Below, in pieces: positions 9,141 through 17,532 of a stretch of 64,000 nt of DNA (the first letter of the stretch is position 1; each line of letters begins with the position of its first letter). A program made the position numbers and the translations under genes. A model generated the notes under the pieces. The model saw only the letters and a list, made by a program, of their open reading frames with translations. It was not told the origin of the DNA and did no database searches. Origin of the DNA: Tahibacter sp. (lineage in GTDB: Bacteria; Pseudomonadota; Gammaproteobacteria; Xanthomonadales; Rhodanobacteraceae); assembly GCF_035481375.1 (NCBI RefSeq), contig NZ_DATIGT010000191.1, positions 260 to 64,259 of the forward strand. The letters are read 5' to 3'.

Positions 9141-9656
9141 ATGACCTCGCAGAACCGCACTTCCACGTCGTCTGCCGTCTCTTCGGTCGCCGCGCTGTCG
9201 CGCCGTGTCGCGCGCACGCTGGCGGCCGTTTCCTTCAGTCTGATCGCCGGTGCCGCCGCAGCTGCGGATATCGTCGTCGACGACGCCGCGACCGAGCCGC
9301 TGCCGGGCCGCGACTACAGCATGCGTCTCGACTTCGCCGCGGCGCGCTTCGACCAGATCGACGCGCAGACCGGCGAAACCCGCACGCGCGTCTTCAGCGC
9401 CGAATGCGCCGCGACGCTCGCGCCGGGCCTGTGGCTCGCGGTGCCGGCGCAGGCCGGTCTCGAACTGCTGCCGCTCGGCGCGACGCGCGACAGCGCGACC
9501 AAGGTCGCCGCCGGCTGCCGCACCGCGCCCGATCAGGCCGCGACATTGCCGCCGGCGCTGCTGCAGCAGATCGCCGCGAGCGGCGGCGGCGTCGTCTACG
9601 TCGACGCGGCAGGCCTGAGCGACGGCGCGCGCGTCGCGGCGAACGGAGCACGCTGA
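9141..9656 (+). CDS. Small exported hypothetical protein (171 aa)
   Basis: In frame within ORF 8904..9656. From ATG 9141 it reads MTSQNRTSTSSAVSSVAALSRRVARTLAAVSFSLIAGAAAAADIVV (signal-like). GC3 is high. Its stop overlaps the next start (TGATG). Confidence 0.6.
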   Translation: MTSQNRTSTSSAVSSVAALSRRVARTLAAVSFSLIAGAAAAADIVVDDAATEPLPGRDYSMRLDFAAARFDQIDAQTGETRTRVFSAECAATLAPGLWLAVPAQAGLELLPLGATRDSATKVAAGCRTAPDQAATLPPALLQQIAASGGGVVYVDAAGLSDGARVAANGAR

Positions 9657-10648
9657 TGCCGGCGCTGCGCGTGGGCATCCTCGTACACGAGTCGGCCATG
9701 GCCTCGGCCGTGACGACGCCGCTCGACACGCTGCGCACCGCGAACAAGCTGGCCCACGTACTGAATCCGGGCGCACCGGCACCGCTGTCGGTGCGCATCG
9801 TCGCGGCGCGGCCCGGGCAGGTGCGTACCGGCGGCGGCATCAGCTTCGACGCCGAACTCGCGCGGCCCGACGAACTCGACGTGCTGCTCGTCGCGGCGAT
9901 CGACTATTCGAATACCGGCGATCTGTGCCGCCGTCTCGATGCGCTCGTCGCCGAACGCGTGCTGCTGCGCCGCTGCGCGGAGGCCGGCCTGCGCATCGCC
10001 TCGACCTGCAATGCGACGCTGCTGCTCGCCGAGGCCGGCCTGCTCGACGGACGCCGCGCGACGACGAGCTGGTGGCTCGCCAATCTCGCGCGCGAACGCT
10101 ATCCGGCAGTGGAGTTCGCGGTCGAGGAACTCGTCATCGACGACGGCAGCATCGTCACCGCCGGCGCGGCGACGGCGAGTTACGAGCTCGTGCTGCAGAT
10201 GGTCGAATGGGCCGGCGGCAAGGGGCTCGCGCAGAACACCTCGCGGCTCATGCTGGTCGACCGCGAGCGTCAGAGCCAGGCGCCGTACATCAGCCTCGCG
10301 CTGTCGCAGCGGCCGCGCCAGGGGCTCGGCGAACGCGCGGAGAAATGGCTGCAGAAGCGCCTGCACGAATCGATCACCGTGCGCGATCTCGCCGATCACT
10401 GCCGCGTCAGCGAACGCACGCTGCTGCGGCGCTTCCACGAGGACTTCGGCGCGACGCCGCTCGAATACGTGCAGAAGCTGCGCGTCGAACGCGCCAAGGC
10501 GCTGCTGGAAACCACGCACCTGTCGTTCGAGGAAATCGTCGGCCGCTGCGGCTATCAGGACGTGTCGAGCTTCCGGCGCCTGTTCAAGCACGTCGTCAGC
10601 ATGACGCCGAACGACTATCGCGAGCGCTACCGGATCCGCAGCCGCTGA
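9656..10648 (+). CDS. GlxA-family transcriptional regulator (DJ-1/PfpI domain + AraC HTH)
   Basis: In frame within ORF 9068..10648. MPALRVGILVHES..., DJ-1-like ASTCNATLLLAEAGLLDGRRATT, and C-terminal AraC HTH (RVSERTLLRRF...GYQDVSSFRRLFK). Confidence 0.88.
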   Translation: MPALRVGILVHESAMASAVTTPLDTLRTANKLAHVLNPGAPAPLSVRIVAARPGQVRTGGGISFDAELARPDELDVLLVAAIDYSNTGDLCRRLDALVAERVLLRRCAEAGLRIASTCNATLLLAEAGLLDGRRATTSWWLANLARERYPAVEFAVEELVIDDGSIVTAGAATASYELVLQMVEWAGGKGLAQNTSRLMLVDRERQSQAPYISLALSQRPRQGLGERAEKWLQKRLHESITVRDLADHCRVSERTLLRRFHEDFGATPLEYVQKLRVERAKALLETTHLSFEEIVGRCGYQDVSSFRRLFKHVVSMTPNDYRERYRIRSR

Positions 10649-10651
10649 GGC

Positions 10652-11521
10652 TCAGGGCGCGACGAGCGGCCCGTAGCTGTCGGGCCGCCGGTCGCGATAG
10701 AACGCCCAGACGTTGCGGACTTCGCGGATCTGGTCGAGATCCAGTTCGGCCGTGACGAGTTCGGAACGGTCGCGCGAACCGGTCGCGAGAAAGCGCCCGC
10801 GCGGATCGCAGAAATAGCTCTGGCCGTAGAACTCGCCGATGTTCCAGGGCGCCTCGGTGCCGACGCGGTTGATCGCGCCGACGAAATACGCGTTCGCGAC
10901 GGCGTGCGCCGGTTGTTCCAGTTTCCACAAGTATTCTGATAGTCCGGCGACCGTCGCCGACGGGTTGAACACGATCTCCGCGCCGTTGAGCCCGAGCGCG
11001 CGTGCGCCTTCGGGGAAATGGCGGTCGTAGCAGATGTAGACGCCGACGCGTGCATATGCCGTGTCGAACACGGGATAGCCGAGATTGCCCGGGCGGAAAT
11101 AGAACTTTTCCCAGAATCCCGGCGCGCAGTGCGGAATGTGGTTCTTGCGGTATTTGCCGAGATAGCGGCCGTCGGCGTCGATGACCGCGGCGGTGTTGTA
11201 GTAGACGCCGGTCGCGTCTTCTTCGTAGAGCGGCACGACGATGACCATGCGGTATTGCTTCGCGAGCGACTGCATGAGCTGCGTGGTCGGGCCGTCGGGA
11301 ATGCGTTCGACCGAGTCGAACCAGCGCGCGCTCTGTTCGGCGCAGAAATACGGCCCGGTGAAGATTTCCTGCATGCAGAGGATCTGCACGCCCTCGGCCG
11401 CCGCCTGCTCGATGTAGCCCACGGTCTTCGCGACGTTCGATTCGCGGATCACCGCGAGCGGCTCGCTGCTCGCGCAGGCCATCGAGGTCTGGATGAGTCC
11501 GCACTTCACGAGCTTCGGCAT
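10652..11521 (-). CDS. Carbon-nitrogen hydrolase, beta-ureidopropionase-like
   Basis: Nitrilase-superfamily E-K-C triad context (LCMQEIF, GKYRKNHIP, VYICYDRHFPE) with NGAEIVFNPSAT. Overall it is similar to beta-alanine synthase-type enzymes. Confidence 0.8.
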   Translation of the reverse strand: MPKLVKCGLIQTSMACASSEPLAVIRESNVAKTVGYIEQAAAEGVQILCMQEIFTGPYFCAEQSARWFDSVERIPDGPTTQLMQSLAKQYRMVIVVPLYEEDATGVYYNTAAVIDADGRYLGKYRKNHIPHCAPGFWEKFYFRPGNLGYPVFDTAYARVGVYICYDRHFPEGARALGLNGAEIVFNPSATVAGLSEYLWKLEQPAHAVANAYFVGAINRVGTEAPWNIGEFYGQSYFCDPRGRFLATGSRDRSELVTAELDLDQIREVRNVWAFYRDRRPDSYGPLVAP

Positions 11522-11702
11522 GACGCGCTCCTGCGTGACGAGGTCGGGGTAGGGTGCCGCCGGGCGCTGTGGACGGCAACAGCTGCGCCGTCCATCCGCC
11601 GATTCTCACGGTGTATGAAGCCCTCTCCGCCGGCGTTGTCGGCGGAGAGGAGTTCGGTCGTAACCGGCATGCTGTCATCGGCGCCGCGGCGCCGGCACGG
11701 TT

Positions 11703-12554
11703 TCAGAGCAGCGCGTCGATCGCGCGCGCGTCACGTTCCTCGAGCGCGAATCCGAGCACGTCTAGGCCGTCGCGCAGATGCCGCAGCGAGGTCGTGCCGG
11801 TCAGCGGAACCACGTCCCGCTGCACCAGATAGCGGAACAGGATCTGCGGCGGCGTGCGCTCGTAGGCGGCGGCCAGCGCCAGCACGGTCGCACTGCTTAG
11901 CAGCTGCGGATTCGCGCTGAGCGTCCAGAAGCTCTGGTAGACGAGATCGTTGGCGCGGCAGAACGCGCGGATGTCCCGGTCGTAGCCGGTGTCGGCATAG
12001 AAGCGGTTCTGCACGATCGCCGGCTTGATGCGCGCGTCGCGCCAGAGTGCGTCGAGCTGCGCCGGGTCGTAGCAGTTGCTGATGCCGATGAGCGATACCG
12101 AACCGGCGTCGGCCAGCGCTTCCATGGCCTGCCAGACCGTGCGCAGACCGGTGCGGTCGCGCAGCGGCGAATGCAGCAGCAGCGCGTCGATGCGCGGCGT
12201 CGCGAGATGGCGCTGCGACACCGCGAACGACTGCGCGACCTGCGCCGCGAGCGGCGCCTGCGGATCGTAGGGCAGGCGTGCCGGATCCTGGCCCGACAGC
12301 GGCGTGAACTTGGTCTGCAGATACAGCGTCTCGCGCGGCCGCTGCGACGCGACGACGCCGGCTCCGGCGCCGGCCTCGTCGTAGTGCCTGGGCTGGCAGG
12401 CGGTATCGATGCCGTCGAAGCCGGCGCGCAGCGCGGCTTCGACCCAGTGCGCCGTGCGCTCCTTCTTCCAGGCCGTGCCGTAGAGCAGCCGCGGCATGCG
12501 CACGCCGTCGCGCGTGAGGCGGTGACGCGGGTCCGGCGCTGCCGCGGTCGTCAC
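11703..12554 (-). CDS. Aldo/keto reductase family oxidoreductase
   Basis: GTG start. LLYGTAWKKERT...GFDGIDTACQPRHY, LLLHSP. It begins 4 nt after the stop of the upstream exported-protein gene. Confidence 0.8.
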   Translation of the reverse strand: MTTAAAPDPRHRLTRDGVRMPRLLYGTAWKKERTAHWVEAALRAGFDGIDTACQPRHYDEAGAGAGVVASQRPRETLYLQTKFTPLSGQDPARLPYDPQAPLAAQVAQSFAVSQRHLATPRIDALLLHSPLRDRTGLRTVWQAMEALADAGSVSLIGISNCYDPAQLDALWRDARIKPAIVQNRFYADTGYDRDIRAFCRANDLVYQSFWTLSANPQLLSSATVLALAAAYERTPPQILFRYLVQRDVVPLTGTTSLRHLRDGLDVLGFALEERDARAIDALL

Positions 12555-12558
12555 GGTC

Positions 12559-13635
12559 TCACTCGTAGCCGTCGGTGAAGATCGTGTCGGTCACGACCGT
12601 CGTGCGGTTGCAGTCGTAGGTCTCGCCGATGCGCGCGCCGGTGTCGAGCACCTGGAAGTCGGTGACCATCACGTCCTGAGCACCGGCGGTCTGGTCGAAC
12701 TCGCGCGAGTCGATCCCGAGCTCGGCCCAGGTATGCGTGGTGTAGCGGTCGCTTTCCGCGGTCAGCGCGATGTTGCCGCCGTCGGCGAGCACGATGCCGT
12801 AGCGCTGCATCGTGCGCAGGATCACCTGCGCGGCCGGCGAATAGTTCGTCATCGGAAAATCCGCGCGCAGCCGCAGGCGCGAGCCGTAGGCCACGCTGCC
12901 GGTCGGACCGGTGGGACTGCCCGCATGCGTGGCCGGGCGCACGTAGAGATAGCCGTTGCTGCCGCCGAGCGACGCGTCGTTGGCCATGCGCGCATTCGGC
13001 AGGATGAAGCGGATCGCATGGCCGAGATCGCCGCCGGTCTGCATCGCCGCGAACACCTCGTCCGCATTGAACAGCAGCGGCGCGATCGGGAAGCCTGCCG
13101 CATCCGCGCTCGTGCAGTGATCGCCGCGGCCCTGCGCCGGATAGATCGCCTTCAGGTGCCATTTGACGAGGCACTGCGATTCGATGCCGTTCACGCCGCT
13201 CGCGGTCACGTGATAGGCCTCGTACAAAGTGTCGCCCTGCACGACGAGCAGATGGCAGTCCTCGCTCGCGTTCGTGCAGGTCATGCCCGCGGTGCTCTCG
13301 ATCGCGGCATTCGCCGGTACCGGCATGATCGATCCGATCGGCTCGCAGTCGGGACTGTAGTAGTCGTCATAGGGATAGCCGACGATCGTGCGCGTCGGAC
13401 TGCCGGCCGCGGCCGGCACGATGTGCATGCCGAAGTCGATCTGCATGCGGCCGAAGCCGAAACCGCCGAGGCCGTTCAAGGTCGAGATCATCGTGGCCGA
13501 CTGCGGGTGCACGGGCGCGGCCGAGATCTCGCGATGCCAGACCGAGCCCGGCGGAAAGCGCGGCGGCGGCGCGGCCATGGCTGCGGCCGAAGCGATCGTG
13601 GCGGCGAGCAGGCCACCGGTGAGCTGAGGTTTCAT
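12559..13635 (-). CDS. Exported hypothetical protein (358 aa), no domain recognised
   Basis: Signal peptide MKPQLTGGLLAATIASAAAMAAPP. RBS AAGGAA. High GC3. Ends in ...TDTIFTDGYE (shared C-terminal tail, see findings). Confidence 0.7.
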   Translation of the reverse strand: MKPQLTGGLLAATIASAAAMAAPPPRFPPGSVWHREISAAPVHPQSATMISTLNGLGGFGFGRMQIDFGMHIVPAAAGSPTRTIVGYPYDDYYSPDCEPIGSIMPVPANAAIESTAGMTCTNASEDCHLLVVQGDTLYEAYHVTASGVNGIESQCLVKWHLKAIYPAQGRGDHCTSADAAGFPIAPLLFNADEVFAAMQTGGDLGHAIRFILPNARMANDASLGGSNGYLYVRPATHAGSPTGPTGSVAYGSRLRLRADFPMTNYSPAAQVILRTMQRYGIVLADGGNIALTAESDRYTTHTWAELGIDSREFDQTAGAQDVMVTDFQVLDTGARIGETYDCNRTTVVTDTIFTDGYE

Positions 13636-13734
13636 GGGATGTTCCTTGCGGACCCGGAGAGGAGATTACTGCGCGCGCCGCGGGCCATCAGAGACGATGC
13701 GCCCGGAATGCCGATACAGAACGTGTGCGGGCGT

Positions 13735-16700
13735 TCACGGTGACACCGCCTGGAAGCCGTTGCCGAAGATGCGGTCGCCGGGCAGCCCCACGCCGTGCAG
13801 CGGCAGCGGAGCGGGCGGGTCGGACGAATCCGATGCGACGCCGAGCCGGCCGCTGCGATAGCCGTGGCCGGTCGGCGCGAAGCGGACCGGTTGCGTACAG
13901 CTTGCGCCGACCGCGAGCGTCGTGCCGCAGGTGCCTGCGGCCAGGGTGAATTCCGGCGCGCCGTCGAGGCCGAACGCGATGCCGGACAGCGTCGCGGTGC
14001 CGCGATTGGTCAGCGTGACGTCCAGTGCCGGCGCCGTGCCGATCGCCTGGTTGCCGAAATCCAGTTGTGAACTGTCGAGCACGGCAAGCCCACGCAGCGG
14101 CGGCGTGATGCCGGCCTCGATGCGCAGCACGCCGCCGGCGTCGGCCTGCCACGGCCCGCCGGGCTGCAGCGTCAGCAGCTGGAAGTCGGCGCCCGTGCTG
14201 CGCACGAGCTGGAAGGCCGCGAACGGCTGCAGCCCGGTGACGAGGTGCTGCGTGACCGCGAGCGGCAGGCGCAGCGCGAAGCACGCGCGGAACGGCGCGA
14301 CGTCGCGTGCGAACCACAGGCTGGTCGTGCCGGCGATCGCGCCGTCGAATGCGCCGGCCGGCGTCGCGCAGCCGCCTGTGGCTTCGGAGGCGACGGCAGC
14401 GGCGGCATCCGGCGCGGTCGTCCCCGTGGTCCCCTGCAGCACGTGCAGGAAGCGCGTCTGCAGCGGCGCGCCGTCGGCTTCCACGCGCAGACGCGTCGCG
14501 AATTTCTGCGTGCCGCCCGCGATGGTGCGTTCCTGGACGAAGCTGTCTTCGTCGCCGAGCGCCCAGCCGTTGACGTCGGGCGACATGATCGGATCGTCGG
14601 TCACGATGGACAGCGTGCGTGCGGCAGGCAGCAGGCTCGCCACATGCAGGCGCTGGCCGCCCGGCGTCGCCGAGACGACGCGGTTGCCGGCGAGCTGCGG
14701 CACGGCGGGCAGCTGGTCCGGCAGATTGAGCCAGAAGCGCTTCGCGCGCTGCGCCGTGGCCGACTGCACGCGGTCGTAGACGGCGATGTGATCGGGCTTG
14801 AGCCAGAGCACGGCGCGGCTGACGTGCTGCACGTCGAGCGCGCGCTGCGCGGCCGGCGTCGAGTCGCCGGGCTCGTAGTACGCGTTGTACAGGTTTGTAG
14901 AATCGCCGGCGACGAAGCTGTAGCGCGGCGTCTCGCTGCGCGCGAGCACCTGCGGATCGGCCGCGCTTCGCGCCTGCGGCATCTGCGCGCCGCGGCGCAG
15001 GCGATTGCCGAGATAGCCGTTCGGATCGACCGACACGCCGAGCACGTTCTGCACGGTCACGCCGTTCTTGTAGTCGGTTGCGCCGCCGTCGTTGCCGTAG
15101 CCGATCGTGGCCTTGGTCAGCCACTCGCCGTTGCGGTAGAACTCGAACAGATTGCCGTCGCCGTGCTGATGGTCGACCGCGTTGTAGCTCAGCCGATAGG
15201 TAAGCCAGCGCGCATCGGCGCCCCAGTCCGTGCGCGAGAGCAGGCGGCCCATGCCGTCGGACCAGAACGACAGCGCGAGCGACGGCCGCGGGTCGGGCGC
15301 CGTCGCCGCGCTGCCCGGCGCGGCCGGATCGAACAGCAGGAAATACAGGAGGCTCGACAGCACGTCGCCGCTGCTGCCGCTGGCGCGCGTGCGCGAGACG
15401 AAGCCCGCGGCGCCGTTCGGCGGCAGGTGACGCTGCACCCAGCGGATCAGATCGGCCGTCGCCGTGTCGCCGACGCGCATCGCGTGCAGGCCGACCGGGC
15501 CGAGGATGTCGATCGGATCGTTCTGGTAGTACTGCTCGCCGTCGCCGTACCAGGCGGGCTTGTAGACCGTGCCGAACGCGCTGGGCGCCGTGCGCGGGCT
15601 CTGCGAATGCACGAGGCCATGGGCGATCGCGCGGTAGAACGGATTCGTCGCGAGACCGGCGACCTGCGCGCCCCATTCGCCCTGGCCGGCGAGATCGGCA
15701 TAGCCCGCGGTTTCCAGGCCGTAGAGAAGCTGCGCCGGAATGCCGATCGAGGTCGGCGCGTATTCCATGCCTTCCTGCGGCAGCCCGCCGCGGCTGTCGT
15801 GGCGCAGCAGATAGTCCTGCACGAACAGCCATCCCTGCAGCACGTCGCGACGCAGGCCGCGCAGCGCGCCGGGCGCGGCGTCGAGCGGAACCACGACGGC
15901 CTGGCCGTTCGCGTTGAGGCGCAGATAGCTCGTCGGCGTCTGCGCATCGGGCACGTCGTCGGCGGCGTCGATCGCGATCGCGCGCAGACCGATGTTGCGC
16001 ATGTGCCCCGCAAAATAGTTGTTGCCCGCAAAGCGCAGGCGATGCCGGCGCAGGTCGGTGGTCAGGCGCAGCAGCGGCTCGCCGATCGTGCCGACCGGAA
16101 GGCTGAATTCCGGCGGGTTGTTGTAGGGATTCGGATAGGCCTCGAGACTCAGCCGCGACCAGATCAGGAACACGCGGCGCAGCGTCGCCTTGTCCTGCGC
16201 ACCGAGCACCGCCTGGCCGCCCGCGGTCGTCGCGCCCTGCAGCCAGTCGGCCGCGAGCGGAAACGCCGCGCCGGTCCAGCGCGAACGATCCGACACGCTG
16301 AAGGACAGCGCGCAGAAACTGCCCTGCTGCGTCGGCGGCGAGGCGCGCATGCACGCGTCGACGCGATCGATCACGTGCATGAGCAAGGTGCGTCCGCGCT
16401 GCGCCCACTGCGCGCGCGCGGCGGCATCGGGATCGACGAGGCTCATGAACGCGAACAGCGCGGCGTATTCCTCGGTGTTGACCGGGCTCCAGGTGGAACC
16501 GCCGTTGTCGTCGCCCGGAATGTCGCCGCGATCCATCGCCTGCGCCGAGGAGAGCGCGAGCTGCCGCAGGCCGTTCGCATAGACCGGATTTCCGCCGGCC
16601 GCCCACTGTCGCAACTGCGGCAGGTCCGCCGCGGCTATCCAGAGGCGCGGATGCGTCGCCAGTGGTTCGGTTCGACCCTGGCCGGCCGCCAGCACGCCGA

Positions 16701-16737
16701 AGGCCAGCACCAGCAGATAACCCAGCACGCGTTTCAT
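13735..16737 (-). CDS. Exported heparinase II/III-like (polysaccharide-lyase-like) protein with a C-terminal choice-of-anchor-D-like domain
   Basis: I start at Met7 (MKRVLGYLLVLAFGVLAAG) behind the strong RBS AAGGGAGG. The N-terminal HPRLWI... region and DHQHGDGNLFEFYRNGEWL...GYGNDGG resemble the Hepar_II_III fold. The C-terminal LDFGNQAIGT...LTNRGTATL...CGTTLAVGASCT..FAP resembles choice-of-anchor D. Ends in ...GDRIFGNGFQAVSP. Confidence 0.6.
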   Translation of the reverse strand: MKRVLGYLLVLAFGVLAAGQGRTEPLATHPRLWIAAADLPQLRQWAAGGNPVYANGLRQLALSSAQAMDRGDIPGDDNGGSTWSPVNTEEYAALFAFMSLVDPDAAARAQWAQRGRTLLMHVIDRVDACMRASPPTQQGSFCALSFSVSDRSRWTGAAFPLAADWLQGATTAGGQAVLGAQDKATLRRVFLIWSRLSLEAYPNPYNNPPEFSLPVGTIGEPLLRLTTDLRRHRLRFAGNNYFAGHMRNIGLRAIAIDAADDVPDAQTPTSYLRLNANGQAVVVPLDAAPGALRGLRRDVLQGWLFVQDYLLRHDSRGGLPQEGMEYAPTSIGIPAQLLYGLETAGYADLAGQGEWGAQVAGLATNPFYRAIAHGLVHSQSPRTAPSAFGTVYKPAWYGDGEQYYQNDPIDILGPVGLHAMRVGDTATADLIRWVQRHLPPNGAAGFVSRTRASGSSGDVLSSLLYFLLFDPAAPGSAATAPDPRPSLALSFWSDGMGRLLSRTDWGADARWLTYRLSYNAVDHQHGDGNLFEFYRNGEWLTKATIGYGNDGGATDYKNGVTVQNVLGVSVDPNGYLGNRLRRGAQMPQARSAADPQVLARSETPRYSFVAGDSTNLYNAYYEPGDSTPAAQRALDVQHVSRAVLWLKPDHIAVYDRVQSATAQRAKRFWLNLPDQLPAVPQLAGNRVVSATPGGQRLHVASLLPAARTLSIVTDDPIMSPDVNGWALGDEDSFVQERTIAGGTQKFATRLRVEADGAPLQTRFLHVLQGTTGTTAPDAAAAVASEATGGCATPAGAFDGAIAGTTSLWFARDVAPFRACFALRLPLAVTQHLVTGLQPFAAFQLVRSTGADFQLLTLQPGGPWQADAGGVLRIEAGITPPLRGLAVLDSSQLDFGNQAIGTAPALDVTLTNRGTATLSGIAFGLDGAPEFTLAAGTCGTTLAVGASCTQPVRFAPTGHGYRSGRLGVASDSSDPPAPLPLHGVGLPGDRIFGNGFQAVSP

Positions 16738-16949
16738 GAAACCTCCCTTCAGCACGGAATCGACGCTCGCAGTTGCGCCGCGGCGTCGCGGCTTCCGCCA
16801 TCGGACCGACCGGCGGTCGTATCCGCGGCGCGAACGGCACGTCGCCGTTGGTCTGCCGCATCGAGCCGACGGACGGCAGCGCGTCGCGGCGGCGAGGGCA
16901 CATCGCTTGCAACGCGAGTGCGATGACTGTCGACAGGGGGAAGGCGGAA

Positions 16950-17495
16950 ATGGACGAGGATTTCCTGGCGCTGCTCGAGCGCTGCCGCAACGGCGAGGCG
17001 CACGCGCAGCACGCGCTGGCCGCGCTGGTCTATGCGGATCTCAAGCACATCGCGCGGCGCCATCTGAAGCGCGGCCGCTGGATCAACACGCTCGACACGA
17101 CCTCGCTGCTGCACGAGTCCTACCTGCGCCTGGGGAATGCCGCGGAGCTGCCGCTCGCCTCGCGCGCGCATCTGCTGAACGTGGCGTCCCGCGCGATGCG
17201 CCGCGTGGTCTGCGATCACGCGCGGCGCCGCCTGCGCCGGCAGGATCCGTTGCCGGTTCTGCTCGACGACGATGCCGCGCTGTTCGACGAGGCGCGCCGC
17301 ATCACGGCGCTCGACGACGCGCTGCGCGATCTCGCGCGCGTCGAGCCGCGGCAGGCGAGCGTCGTGGAATGCCGCTTCTTCACCGGGCTGTCGCTCAGCG
17401 AGACCGCGCTCGCGCTCGATGTTTCCGAGCGCACCGTCGAACGCGACTGGGCCGATGCGCGGCGCTGGCTCGCGATGCAGCTCGCGGCAGCCTGA
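16950..17495 (+). CDS. ECF-type RNA polymerase sigma factor (TIGR02999-like, kinase-associated type)
   Basis: MDEDFLALLERCRNGEAHAQHALAALVYADLKHIARRHL...; region 4 is VVECRFFTGLSLSETALALDVSERTVERDW. An alternative start is ATG 16923. A Ser/Thr kinase gene follows directly. Confidence 0.8.
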   Translation: MDEDFLALLERCRNGEAHAQHALAALVYADLKHIARRHLKRGRWINTLDTTSLLHESYLRLGNAAELPLASRAHLLNVASRAMRRVVCDHARRRLRRQDPLPVLLDDDAALFDEARRITALDDALRDLARVEPRQASVVECRFFTGLSLSETALALDVSERTVERDWADARRWLAMQLAAA

Positions 17496-17532
17496 GATTC
17501 GCTATGAAAGGCCGCTGCAGGGACGCCGCCGC

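Noticed and set aside
13688-16990. 1100-aa ORF on the minus strand, plus the 893-aa plus-strand ORF at 14245..16926
   Set aside because: They overlap the 13735..16755 frame, which has a signal peptide, a strong RBS and recognisable domains. The alternative frames are Arg/Pro/Ala-rich junk.
17455-17532. Earlier ATG starts (17419, 17455) for the Ser/Thr kinase, overlapping the sigma gene
   Set aside because: Codons between the sigma stop (17495) and 17533 have clearly lower GC3 than flanking coding sequence, so translation probably starts near TTG 17533. This is not certain.
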